From contig OX597825.1 of the NCBI GenBank assembly GCA_951406725.2, forward strand, positions 124,001 through 188,000: DNA of 64,000 nucleotides, written 5' to 3'. This stretch comes from Octopus vulgaris. Its lineage: Eukaryota. Positions 22,760 through 35,232 of this stretch are shown here, in pieces. Position 1 is the first letter of the stretch; every line of letters begins with the position of its first letter. The notes below the pieces were generated by a model. It did not search any database, had not been told where the DNA came from, and saw only the letters and a program-made list of their open reading frames with translations. A program made the position numbers and the translations under genes.

Positions 22760-25700
22760 TGGTTTGCTAGCCCTCAGTCAAAATCGTCCAACCCATGCTA
22801 GCATGGAAAGCGGACGTTAAACGATGATGATGATGATGATATCACAGAACTCCAGTAGCCTTGTTTGTTCTTCGTTTTGGGAACCAATTCTATGGCCCCC
22901 ATGTGCACCATGGATGATATTTGGGTACTACCCAACATATCCATTGAAATCACTAGCCATGAAGATGAGGTCATTCTCATTTGTCTTTGAGGTAACCTGC
23001 AGAAGAATATCATAAAAGTGGTCCTTTTGTTCATTTGGCAGACCCGCCTGAAGGGCATAGGCAGAGATAACTGCTGCTGTACTACTTTGCAAAACCAGCC
23101 TAAGCTTAAGTATTCTATTGCACACTCTGACCTTATCAACCCATTTCTCTGTGATTATGCCCACACCACCTACCCCATCACTGTTACCTTCCCCAAAAGA
23201 TTTTATACCTGTGAGGAGTCTGGCTGAAGCACACCACCTTTATGTGTGTGTGTGTGTGTGTTGTGTCTTTTTTGTTTGTATTTGTCTCCCCCCCACTGCT
23301 TGACAACCGGCGTTGGTGTGTTTATATCCCTGTAATTTAGTGGTTTGACAAGAGACCAGTAGAATAAGTACCAGGCTTAAAAAATAAGTACCGGGATTGA
23401 TTCATTTGACTAAAATACTTCTAGGTGGTACTCTGCATGGCTGCAGTTTAATGACTGAAGCAAGTAAAAGATAAAGGATAATTATACACCATGTGTGCGT
23501 GATCGTTACCAGCATCACTTTACTGGCACTCGAGCCCTATGCTAATAGGGTGCCAAGAGCACCATCCGAGTGTGATCATTGCCAGAGTGGCTATCTGGCT
23601 TCCGTGCTGGTGGTACATAAAAGACACCATTTGAGCATGATCGTTACCATCATCGCCTTACTGGCATCTGTGCCGGTGGCATGTGTAAAAGATTCAAGCG
23701 AGGTCGTTGCCAGTACCGCCTGACTGGCCCTGTGCCGGTGGCACGTAAAAGCACCCACTACACTCTCGGAGTGGGTGGGTGACGTTAGGAAGGGCATCCA
23801 GCTGTAGAAACTCTGCCAGATCAAGATTGGAGCCTGGTGCAGCCATCTGGTTCGCCAGCCCTCAGTCAAAATCGTCCAACCCATGCTAGCATGGAAAGCG
23901 GACGTTAAACGATGATGATGATGATGATATCACAGAACTCCAGTAGCCTTGTTTGTTCTTCGTTTTGGGAACCAATTCTATGGCCCCCATGTGCACCATG
24001 GATGATATTTGGGTACTACCCAACATATCCATTGAAATCACTAGCCATGAAGATGAGGTCATTCTCATTTGTCTTTGAGGTAACCTGCAGAAGAATATCA
24101 TAAAAGTGGTCCTTTTGTTCATTTGGCAGACCCGCCTGAAGGGCATAGGCAGAGATAACTGCTGCTGTACTACTTTGCAAAACCAGCCTAAGCTTAAGTA
24201 TTCTATTGCACACTCTGACCTTATCAACCCATTTCTCTGTGATTATGCCCACACCACCTACCCCATCACTGTTACCTTCCCCAAAAGATTTTATACCTGT
24301 GAGGAGTCTGGCTGAAGCACACCACCTTTATGTGTGTGTGTGTGTGTGTTGTGTCTTTTTTGTTTGTATTTGTCTCCCCCCCCCCCACTGCTTGACAACC
24401 GGCGTTGGTGTGTTTATATCCCTGTAATTTAGTGGTTTGACAAGAGACCAGTAGAATAAGTACCAGGCTTAAAAAATAAGTACCGGGATTGATTCATTTG
24501 ACTAAAATACTTCTAGGTGGTACTCTGCATGGCTGCAGTTTAATGACTGAAGCAAGTAAAAGATAAAGGATAATTATACACCATGTGTGCGTGATCGTTA
24601 CCAGCATCACTTTACTGGCACTCGAGCCCTATGCTAATAGGGTGCCAAGAGCACCATCCGAGTGTGATCATTGCCAGAGTGGCTATCTGGCTTCCGTGCT
24701 GGTGGCACATAAAAGACACCATTTGAGCATGATCGTTACCAGCATCGCCTTACTGGCATCTGTGCCGGTGGCATGTGTAAAAGATTCAAGCGAGGTCGTT
24801 GCCAGTACCGCCTGACTGGCCCTGTGCCGGTGGCACGTAAAAGCACCCACTACACTCTCGGAGTGGGTGGGTGACGTTAGGAAGGGCATCCAGCTGTAGA
24901 AACTCTGCCAGATCAAGATTGGAGCCTGGTGCAGCCATCTGGTTCGCCAGCCCTCAGTCAAAATCGTCCAACCCATGCTAGCATGGAAAGCGGACGTTAA
25001 ACGATGATGATGATGATGATATCACAGAACTCCAGTAGCCTTGTTTGTTCTTCATTTTGGGAACCAATTCTATGGCCCCCATGTGCACCATGGATGATAT
25101 TTGGGTACTACCCAACATATCCATTGAAATCACTAGCCATGAAGATGAGGTCATTCTCATTTGTCTTTGAGGTAACCTGCAGAAGAATATCATAAAAGTG
25201 GTCCTTTTGTTCATTTGGCAGACCCGCCTGAAGGGCATAGGCAGAGATAACTGCTGCTGTACTACTTTGCAAAACCAGCCTAAGCTTAAGTATTCTATTG
25301 CACACTCTGACCTTATCAACCCATTTCTCTGTGATTATGCCCACACCACCTACCCCATCACTGTTACCTTTCCCAGAAGATTTTATACCTGTGAGGAGTC
25401 TGGCTGAAGCACACCACCTTTATGTGTGTGTGTGTGTGTTGTGTCTTTTTTGTTTGTATTTGTCCCCCCCCCCACTGCTTGACAACCGGCGTTGGTGTGT
25501 TTATATCCCTGTAATTTAGTGGTTTGACAAGAGACCAGTAGAATAAGTACCAGGCTTAAAAAATAAGTACCGGGATTGATTCATTTGACTAAAATACTTC
25601 TAGGTGGTACTCTGCATGGCTGCAGTTTAATGACTGAAGCAAGTAAAAGATAAAGGATAATTATACACCATGTGTGCGTGATCGTTACCAGCATCACTTT

Positions 25701-26104
25701 ACTGGCACTCGAGCCCTATGCTAATAGGGTGCCAAGAGCACCATCCGAGTGTGATCATTGCCAGAGTGGCTATCTGGCTTCCGTGCTGGTGGTACATAAA
25801 AGACACCATTTGAGCGTGATCGTTACCAGCATCGCCTTACTGGCATCTGTGCCGGTGGCATGTGTAAAAGATTCAAGCGAGGTCGTTGCCAGTACCGCCT
25901 GACTGGCCCTGTGCCGGTGGCACGTAAAAGCACCCACTACACTCTCGGAGTGGGTGGGTGACGTTAAGAAGGGCATCCAGCTGTAGAAACTCTGCCAGAT
26001 CAAGATTGGAGCCTGGTGCAGCCATCTGGTTCGCCAGCCCTCAGTCAAAATCGTCCAACCCATGCTAGCATGGAAAGAGGACGTTAAACGATGATGATGA
26101 TGAT
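22760..26104. repeat. Tandem triplication of a ~1.09-kb unit (RTE endonuclease fragment, SINE piece, RTE 3' UTR)
   Basis: Near-identical ORF calls recur at 22798, 23886 and 24978 (periods 1088 and 1092). The minus strand encodes an APE endonuclease remnant (VISAYA.Q...DFNG.VG). Confidence 0.95.
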
Positions 26105-26726
26105 ACACAAAGACCTGTTGTTTTTTTTTCTTTTATCAAATGATAGAGATCCTAGTGCATTGTTTAAACATCTTTTATTTGCAGTATAATGCTTCAGCAT
26201 TTAATTCTATCCATTCCTTGTATGTTTAAATGCCCTATATAAAAATAATGCGATATATATTGATACCTGTTTCTGTCTCTCTGTTTTACTATAACCTTTC
26301 ATCATCTGGCACAGGATCCCCTCCTCCAATGCTCCCCTTCCAGCTCTCAAAGGATGCTTATCTAGGAAGTTACTTGGTGACCCTGCCAGTGCTGGTCCCA
26401 CTTAAAAAGCATCCAGTCCACACAGTAAAGGGTTGGCATTTGGAAGGGCATCCAGCTGTAAAAACCTTGCTGAAACTGACCTCGCCTGTGCTTGTGCAAT
26501 GTAAAATGCACTCTATCCATTCTGCTGAGTGGCTGGTGTTAGGAAAGGCATCCAGCCATAAAACCCTTGCCAAAATACACAGGCATAGCTGTCTAGTAAG
26601 ATGTTTGTCTCCTAACCTCATGATTTAAGGTTCAGTCTTGTGTTAAACCATCCAACCCATGCCAGTATGAAAGGAGGATGTTGAATGATGATGATCATCA
26701 TGATTGTATGTAGCATTAAAGGTTTT

Positions 26727-27812
26727 ATCATCATCATCATCGTTTAACATCTGTTTTCCATACTAGCATGGGTTGGACGGTTCAACCAGGGTCTGGGAAG
26801 CCAGGAGGCTGCACCAGACTCCAGTCTGATATGGCAGTGTTTCTACAGCTGGATGCCCTTCCTAACACCAACCACTCCGTGAGTGTAGTGGATGCTTTCT
26901 ACATGCCACCGGCACAGGTGCCAGGCGAGGCTGGCAATGGCCACGATTGGTTGGTGCTTTTTACGTGTCACCAGCATGGAGGCCAGTCATGGCGGCGCTG
27001 GCAACAGCCACGTTCGGATGGTTCTTTTTAGGTGCCACCGGCACAGGGATCACAACTACAATTTCATTGATTTTTTTGATCGGTTTTGATTTCACTTGCC
27101 TTAACAGGTCTTCGCAAGCAGAGTTTTGTGTCCAATGAAGGAAAGGTACACATAAGTGGGCTGGCTACATCCCAGGTAAAGGCCACGGGTTAGGGTCTCA
27201 CTTGTCCTGCCGGGTCTTCTCACGCACAGCATATTTCCAAAGGTCTCGGTCACTAGTCATTGCCTTGGTGAGACCTAATGTTCGAAGGTCGTGCTTCACC
27301 ACCTTGTCCCAGGTTTTCCTGGGTCTACCTCTTCCACAGGTTCCCTCAACCGCTAGGGTGTGGCACTTTTTCACACAGCTATCCTCACCCATTCTCGCCA
27401 CATGACCATACCAGTGCAGTTGTCTCTCTTGCACACCACATCTGATACTTCTTAGGTCCAACTTTTCTCTCAAGGTACTTACACTCTGACAAGTATGCAC
27501 ACTAACATTACACATCCATCAGAGCATATTAGCTTCATTCCTTGCGAGCTTGCGCATGTCTTCAGCAGTCACGGCACATGTTTGCCTGCCATGTAGCATG
27601 GCTGTTCGTACACATGCGTCATACAGTCTACCTTTTACTCTGAGCGAGAGGCCCTTTGTCACCAGCAGAGGTAAGAGCACTCTGAACTTTGCCCAGGCTA
27701 TTCTTATTCTAGTAGCTACACTTTCAGCACACCCACCCCTGCTACTAACTTGGTCACCTAGGTAACAGAAGCTAACAACTACTAGTTTTTCTCCCTGGAA
27801 TGTGGCGGAAGT
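26727..27812 (-). mobile_element. 5'-truncated RTE LINE
   Basis: The RT C-terminus (...GRGRPRKTWDKVVKHDL...REKTRQDK*) runs directly into the 3' UTR and tail. This shows that the common short repeat is an RTE 3' end. Confidence 0.9.
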
Positions 27813-27951
27813 CGTAGCATTAAAGGTTTACTTTACATATATATAAAGCAAACAAAATTTGTTGAATGTAATTAGAATAATTGTGAAATTTACATAGTTT
27901 ATATATTTTCAACCAATTTATATTTGATCTTATTTTCCATATTTCTTTCAG

Positions 27952-28039
27952 TTAAATTTGAGTCACTATCAGATGCCGTCATTGCTCATCATATCATTTT
28001 ATTTGGTTGCCCGGAGCCATTAACAGTTGGTGGTATTTG
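27952..28039 (+). CDS. PAM: PAM/PHM coding exon 3 (CuH His-His)
   Basis: tttcAG|(V)KFESLSDAVIAHHIILFGCPEPLTVGGI(W)|GTGAGT. Equivalent to rat VHHMLLFGC (H107/H108). Phase 1 to phase 2. Confidence 0.93.
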
Positions 28040-28117
28040 GTGAGTTGTTTTGTGTAAAGTTTTTGGGTCAAATCAAATCTAATGTCTTGTAGCCATGGCT
28101 ATAGTGTTTTCTATGAA

Positions 28118-28405
28118 GGATCTTTTCACTTTTACCGGCAGATTTTTTGATATGACACCGCCAGAAAATGTTGTTGACAAACAACCGGAGAAATTGTATT
28201 CACCTCAATAGACGTCATTGATTGGTTGAAATTGCCGAAATGCAAGAAATTTAACAAGAAATAGTTTACAAACCACAGAATTTTCTCAAGAAAACCAAGA
28301 GAAAAAGATGTTTTATATATCATATTCTACAAGTATATGAAGTTTAAAAGTGTTTAGTTACAAAGAAATTATTTTTAAAATCTGCCGGTCAAAGCGAAAA
28401 GATCC
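28118..28405. mobile_element. Merlin-like MITE (GG termini, 8-bp TSD)
   Basis: TIRs GGATCTTTTCACTTTTACCGGCAGATTT / AAATCTGCCGGTCAAAGCGAAAAGATCC. Flanks TCTATGAA and TCTACAAA. Confidence 0.75.
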
Positions 28406-28781
28406 TCTACAAAGGCTTGCTATCTTAAGAGTTAAGACTTGTTGCTACTGTTTTATGTTCAGTCAACTCTACTTGAGTAAAAGAACAAAAAAAGTGTAGA
28501 GAATATTTCACTAAACAGATGATCTAATTCATTCAATATCTGCTGACAATGTGAAGTCCTAAGATTTAGATATTAAACTTGTGAATCTCATTGAAAGATA
28601 GTAAGGAATTTGAAGAACAGCATTCAGCTACTTTACTGGTATTTCTAATAAATTATATTGCTGGCCTTTTAATTAGCTAAAATTATTTTTGAGGAATTTA
28701 GTAAAATAGCACCTTCTTTACCATTTATATGAAGCTGATTTTTGGAACATGACTGTGTGGTAAGACATTGATGCAGTCATG

Positions 28782-31320
28782 CGTGATCGTGATCGTTACC
28801 AACGTCGCCTTACTAGCACCTGTGCCGGTGGAATGTATAAAAAGATTCGAGCGAGGTCGTTGCCAGTACCGCCAGACTGGCCCCCGTGCCGGTGGCACGT
28901 AAAAAGTACCCACTACACTCTTGGAGTGGTTGGCATTAGGAAGGGCATCCAGCTGTAGAAACTCTGCCAGATTAAGATTGAAGCCTGGTGCAGCCATCTG
29001 GTTTGCCAGCCCTCAGTCAGATCGTCCAACCCATGCTAGCATGGAAAGCGGATGTTAAATGATGATGATGATGAACAGGTAACGAAGTATCTCCACTAAA
29101 GCACCTGTGCCACCGGTGGCATGTGTAAAAAGATTTGAGTGAGGTCATTGCCAGTACTGCCTGACTGACCCCCGTGCGGTGGAACGTAAAAGGGCACAAT
29201 TCGAGCGTGATCATTACCAACGTCACCTTACTGGCACCTGTGCTGGTGGCATGTGTAAAAAGATTCGAGCAAGGTCGTTGCCAGTACCGCCTGACTGGCC
29301 CCGTGCCGGTGGCACATAAAAGCACCCACTACACTCACGGAGTGGTTGGCGTTAGGAAGGGCATCCAGCTGTAGAAACTCTGCCAGATCAAGATTGGTGC
29401 CCGGTACAGCCATCTGGTTTGCTAGCCCTCAGTCAAAATCGTCCAACCCATGCTAGCATGGAAAGTGGACGTTAAACAATGATGATATTGATGCAGGCAA
29501 CGCTGTTTGGTAAGACGTTTGTTTCCTAACCACATGATTTCAGGTTCAGTGTCATTGCGTGACACCTTGGGTTAGCATTTTCTACTATTATCTTGAGTGG
29601 ATTTGGTGGAAAAAACTGAAAGAAACCTCATCATCATCATTACCATCGTCATCATTTAACCACTGCTTTCTATGCTGGCATACTTTGGACACTTTGACAG
29701 GAACTGACTGGGTAGAAGACTTCACTGAACTTCAGTGTCTGTTATGGTATGGTTTTTATGGCTGGAAGACCTTCCTGATACCAACCACCCTGCAGAGTGG
29801 CCTGAGTGCTTTTACATGGCACCAGCTTAGGTGATGTCAGTTTTGGCATGGTTTATGCAAGCTGGATCATCATCATCATCATCATCATCATCGTTTTCTG
29901 TGCTAGCATGGATTGGACAGTTTGACCGGGGTCTGAGAAGCCAGGAGACTGCACCAGGCTCCAGTCTGATCTGGCAGAGTTTCTAAAGCTGGATGCCCTT
30001 CCTAACGCCAACCACTCCGTGAGTGCAGTGGGTGCTTTTACGTGCCACCGGCATGGAGGCCAGTTTGGTGGTACTGGTAACGGCCACGCCCAAATAGTGC
30101 TTTTTATGTGCCACCTGCACAGGAGTCAGTCCAGCGGCACTGGCGACAACCTCGCTCAAATGTTTCACGTGTCACCGGCACAAGTGCTGGTAAGGCAAGG
30201 CGGTAACGATCACACTCGAATGGTGTGTTTAACGTGCCATCGGCACGAAGGCCAGCTTGTTGCTCTGGCAACGATCTCACTCGTATGGTACTCTTAGCGC
30301 TCCACTAGCAACGGATGCCAGTCACCGAGTTTGATTGATTTCATGTGCCTCAACAGGTCTTCGCAATCAAGTTTGATTTCGAATTTATTTTGATTTTACT
30401 TGCCTCAACAGGTCTTCGCAAGCAGAGTTTAGTGTCCAATAAAGGAAAGGCACACATAAGTGGACTATAAATCCTATCAGTGTTACTATTAATGTGGTGG
30501 TCAGTACATTTCTGGTTTTGATGTCCTGGCTACGTATCTCATCAAGTGTCCAGTCCAGTATCCCAAATGTTGGTACTAACACTCATCATCATCATCGTTT
30601 AACGTCCGCTTTCCATGCTAGCATGGGTTGGACGGTTTGACTGAGGGCTGGCGAATCAGATGGCTGCACCAGGCTCCAGTCTTGATCTGGCAGAGTTTCT
30701 ACAGCTGGATGCCCTTCCTAACGCCAACCACTCCGAGAGTGTAGTGGGTGCTTTTACGTGCCACCGGCACGTGGGCCAGTCAGGCAGTACTGGCAACGAC
30801 CTTGCTTGAATCTTTTTACACATGCCACCGGCACAGGTGCTAGTAAGGCGACGTTGGTAACGATCAAGCTCGAATGGTGCCCTTTTATGTGCCACCGGCA
30901 TGGAAGCCAGTTGGCTGCTCTGGCAACTATCACACTCAGATGGTGCTCTTGGCACCCTACTAGCACAGGCACAAGTGCCAGTAAGACAACGCTGGTAACG
31001 ATCACACTCGAAAGGTGCACTTTTATGTGCCACTGGCATGGAAGCCAGTTAGTCGTTCTGCCAACGATCACCCTCGTATGGTGCTCTTTGCACCCTGCTA
31101 GCATGGATGCCAGCCATCGAATTTGATTTTGATTTCACTTGTCTCAACAGGTTTTTGCAAGCAGAGTTTAGTGACCAAAGAAGGAAAAGGTACGCATAAA
31201 TGGGCTGGTTATGCTCCTGGCATAGCCCACAGGTTATGGTCTCATTTGGCTTGCTGAGTCTTCTCACGCACAGCATATTTCCAAAAGTCTCGGTCGCTAG
31301 TCATTTCCTTGGTGAGGCCT
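28782..31320. mobile_element. Cluster of four RTE 3' fragments (two on +, two on -)
   Basis: Approximately 28782-29072(+), 29100-29485(+), 29867-30470(-) and 30584-31320(-), all with the shared terminus. Confidence 0.85.
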
Positions 31321-31502
31321 AGTAAAACTATTGTGAGATAACGTCTTGTTAAATGCAGACAGTTCTGAATTCAATATTTTCTGGAGTCTGCAGAAGTACT
31401 CTTTTGTTATTCTGGCTTTAGTCACTGCACCAATGTATGTAACATTCTCATCAATCTATGTTTTTATGTATGTATTTGTGTGTGTGTGTGCAGTGTATTC
31501 AG

Positions 31503-31712
31503 CCCTTTTGATACCAAACTGGCTGAAACCACCTCTGGTTCTGTAGTACAAATGACTTGTTTTCAAAAGTTCTGAATTAAAATCTTCCACCAAACCTTAG
31601 TCACAATTTATGTTCCTAACACTAGCTTAAGTTATTTTACTAAATTCTTTGTTATATTTAAAATTAATTGAAAGTTACACATCATCCTGACAGAAATATG
31701 ATAACAAAAGGG
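31503..31712. mobile_element. piggyBac-like MITE
   Basis: CCCTTTTGATA ... TATGATAACAAAAGGG|TTAA. The left TTAA is degenerate. Confidence 0.6.
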
Positions 31713-31772
31713 TTAAACAAAAATATGACAATTAGAGTTTTAAACAATACTGCATTTTTTTTTTCCTTTTAG

Positions 31773-31858
31773 GTCATGTGGGACTATATGTAAAAGAAAT
31801 GAAGCCAAAATCCTTTATGCATGGGCAAAGAATGCTGATCCAGCTAAATTACCTTGTA
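31773..31858 (+). CDS. PAM: PAM/PHM coding exon 4
   Basis: ttttAG|(W)SCGTICKRNEAKILYAWAKNADPAKLPC|GTAAGT. Contains the hallmark ILYAWA(R/K)NA motif. Phase 2 to phase 1. Confidence 0.95.
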
Positions 31859-31974
31859 GTAAGTATTAATTTCTATGCTTAATTGTTTATTTTATTAATC
31901 ATCAACTACCTCTCAGATCAGAAACTGTTTTAATTTTTACTAAGTGCCAGTTAATAAAAGTCTTAGGAAAAGAT

Positions 31975-32275
31975 GATTTGAAATATGTATTTCCAGGATA
32001 TGGAACCTACTGAAATGCACCTAAAGGCTAACATTGCAGATGTAGAGATACATGTACCAAGCTATGTTATATTGCAAAGCAACAGAAAAGATAGGGAGTC
32101 ATGTGGATTAGAATCTACCAGCATGAAGATCTCATGCACCAGATTGTTTTGTCACACCCAAACTCGGTGTGTGATGCACTAATCTGTACATATAGGATAA
32201 CTCAATATAGTTATATGTACTGCTTATTGCCCACCAGATGATCCAAATCACACAGGCCTATTCAAAGACTTCTTG
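31975..32275 (+). mobile_element. Decayed LINE endonuclease fragment (CR1-like)
   Basis: TE(M)HLKANIADVEIHVPSYVILQSNRKDR...YCPPDD resembles an APE domain start. Confidence 0.5.
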
Positions 32276-32279
32276 ATAA

Positions 32280-33030
32280 TATAATGATAATGAAATTATT
32301 GTATACAGTGCTCAGGTGCACCACAATTTGCCGAAAGTGCGTATAAAGTATATGCAGTAATGTACAAATGTCTGGGAAGTGAACAGTGTATGTGTCAGAT
32401 ACATGCTTGTGTGTGTATAGAGGGGAGAAAAATCAGGTGTAGTGTTGGCGAATCTCAGGAAGCATGGAAGTTTTGAAGGATGCAGTACTCCGACAACTAA
32501 CAACTGATGCTGGCAGTTTGTTCCATACTTCAGCAACTCTTAGCATGAAAAAATGTTTCCGAAAGTCATGGGAGCTGTGCTGTTTTCTGACTTTGTAAAC
32601 ATGTCCGCGGGTGTTAGACAGGTGGAGTTTGTAAAGGTGCTCAGAGTTATTGTTTGTAAGATGGTTAATAATTTTATGGGTGTCTGCCAAGTCAGTTGCC
32701 AGATGTCGGCGTTTCAATGTATCCATGCCCAGGGAAGTAAGGCGTTCAGAATATGGCAAATGCCTGATGGAGGGTATTCTCTTGGTTGCACGTCGCTGAA
32801 TGGCTTCCAGACTATTAATATCCTGGACAAGATAGGGGTTCCAGACCGGTGATGCAAATTCCAGGTGAGGTCTTACCATAGCTTTATAAAGCCGCAGATA
32901 AATAGCTGGAGAGTGGCTCACAAAGGAGTTGGTGAGTGATGCCAAGACACCCTCAGCCTTCTTGGCAATTTTAGCAATGTGTTTTTTCCGATGTAAATCG
33001 CTGTCGACAATAACACCCAAGTCACGTTCA
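32280..33030 (-). mobile_element. CR1-clade LINE 3' fragment
   Basis: ERDLGVIVDSDL...LYKAMVRPHLEFASPVWNPY...LEAIQRRATK...YSERL...WNKLP, then an (ATT)n tail. Confidence 0.92.
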
Positions 33031-33664
33031 CAAGAACATGAACAATTCATCAGTGTACTTCTCATGCGAGACTCCAACCAGCCCAATATAGGATGGCTTG
33101 AGGGCTTTTCCCTCTCAGGAATAATGCGATGTGAAAAAAGACATGTGGAATCCCTGCACAACTTCACAAATAAGTTAGATATAGAGCAAGTAATACTCCA
33201 ACCAGCCAGGGCAAGCAATATACTCAATCTCTACTTCATAAACAATTTTCGATCTCATTCGATCTCTGATTGTTGCTCAGTTGCAGCCCTTATGATGCTT
33301 TCTGGATAGGGCTGGCTTTTACAGGTAGTGCACACTACATTGGCATATTTTAGTTTTGGTGCAGGTGATGTGTGACTTTTGCTTTTGTTCTGCTTGTGGC
33401 ATGGTTTTGGATGTTAGAAGCATTAGCTTGCACTGTCATTTCCATGCTAGCAGTCATCACACAGGTGGAATTTACACTTTTCTAAGGATATATCCAGCTA
33501 CTCACCTGCACAGTGTTGCCATCCTGGTAATAGGCACATGGAATGTTGCATCATTATTCATATGGATTCCCAGATCATGTACTGATTCTAACTCTGGGAA
33601 AGCACTGCCCCCCTGGTCCTATGTATTCTGATTGTAGTCTGGAAAAATTGTATGTTCAATTAAG

Positions 33665-35232
33665 ACACCTGTGCCGGTGACATGTAAAAGCACCGTCCGA
33701 ATGTGGCAGATGTCAGCGCCGCCTGACTGGCGTCCGTGTCAGTGACATGTAAAAGCACCAACCGATCGTGGCCGTTTGCCAGCCTCCTCTGGCCCCTATG
33801 CCAGTGGCATGTAAAAAGCACCCACTACACTCACGAAGTGGTTGGCGTTAGGAAGGGCATCAAGCTGTAGAAACACTGCCAAACCAGACTGAAGCCTGGT
33901 GCAGCCTCCATGGCTTCCCAGACCCCGGTCAAACCGTCCAACCCATGCTAGCATGGAAAACGGATGCTAAACGATGATGATATTGTGAATTGATATTCCT
34001 GGCCAGGTTGTTGTTTTGTCCTGATCCCTGTGCCAGTGGCACGTAAAAAGCACCATCTGAATGTGGCCAATGCCAGTGCTGCCTTGACTGACTTCCGTAC
34101 CGATGGCACGTAAAAAGCACCAACTGATCGTGGCCGCTGCCAGCCTCCTCTGGCCCCTGTGCTGGTGGCACGTAAAAAGCACCCACTACACTCACAGAGT
34201 GGTTGGCATTTGGAAGGGCATCCAGCTGTAGAAACACTGCCAGATCAGAATGGAGCCTGGTGCAGCCTCCTGGCTTTCCAGACCCTGGTCGAACCGTCCA
34301 GCCCATGCTAGCATGGAAAACGGATGTTAAACGATGATGATGATGATGACTTCGCATGTCATGATGCAGTGGAATTATGTGAGTGAAACTTTTTAGTATT
34401 GAAGTTGTGGTCTGTCTATTTTTATAGTGAACATGGTGAGTTAAGAATTTAAAATCATGCTTTAATTCCATTTTTAAAGACTATGGAGAAATTGTTAAGA
34501 GACATTTGTTTACTATGTTGGCAGGTTCTAATGCTAATTTTGGTGAGCCAATGGTTGTGTTATGGCTGTTAAGTGTTTTAAGGCATCTCTAAGTAATTTC
34601 TGTCATCATTATCATCATCATTTAACGTCCGTTTTCCATGCTAGCATGGGTTGGACGGTTTGACTGGGGTCTGGTAAGCCATGGAGGCTGCAACAGGCTC
34701 CAGTCTAGTTTGGCAGTGTTTCTACAGCTGGATATACCAGAGGGTGCACTCTCTCCTACCCTGATGTAATCTCCAGGGATACAGGCATCCAGCAACAGGA
34801 CCTCCGTAATGCTATGATGGACCATGAAGTCTGGCGTAGCATGGTAAATTCCATTGTCTCAACCACGGTCGAACAATGATGATGACAGCTGGATGCCCTT
34901 CCTAACGCCAACCACTCCATGAGTGCAATGGGTGCTTTTTACGTGCCACCGGTACAGGGGCCAGAAGAGGCTGGCAAACGGCATTGATCGGTTGGTGCTT
35001 TTACGTGTCACCGACACGGACGCCAGTCAGGTGGCGCTGGCACCGGCCATGTACGGGCGGTGCTTTTTACGTGTCACCGAATTGATATCTTAACTACAAT
35101 TTTCATTTGATTTTTATTTTGACGTACTTGACTCAATAGGTCTCCTCAAGAACAGTGAGTCACTCTACAATCCAAGGTTAGCACAGCAGGCCGTCCTGCG
35201 AGCCATGAACTCACTTCATTTGTCGGGTCTTC
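33665..35232. mobile_element. Three RTE 3' fragments (+, +, -)
   Basis: Approximately 33665-33980(+), 34022-34350(+) and 34604-35232(-). Confidence 0.85.
34734..34884 (+). mobile_element. Short 5'-truncated LINE of another family nested in an RTE copy
   Basis: Flanked by the 10-bp TSD ACAGCTGGAT (34724-34733 and 34885-34894). Encodes ...YPDVISRDTGIQQQDLRNAMMDHEVWRSMV...* and ends in a (TGA)n tail. Confidence 0.85.

Noticed and set aside
30740-31110. Repeat-spacer-like array with a hairpin repeat (CRISPR-like appearance)
   Set aside because: The 'spacers' are homologous to each other and recur in dozens of dispersed copies. The array is part of an RTE 3' UTR in a eukaryote, and no cas genes are present.
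32433-33227. 264-aa ORF as a host gene or active LINE
   Set aside because: It is only the C-terminal part of a CR1 ORF2 fused to unrelated flank, with no RT catalytic core.
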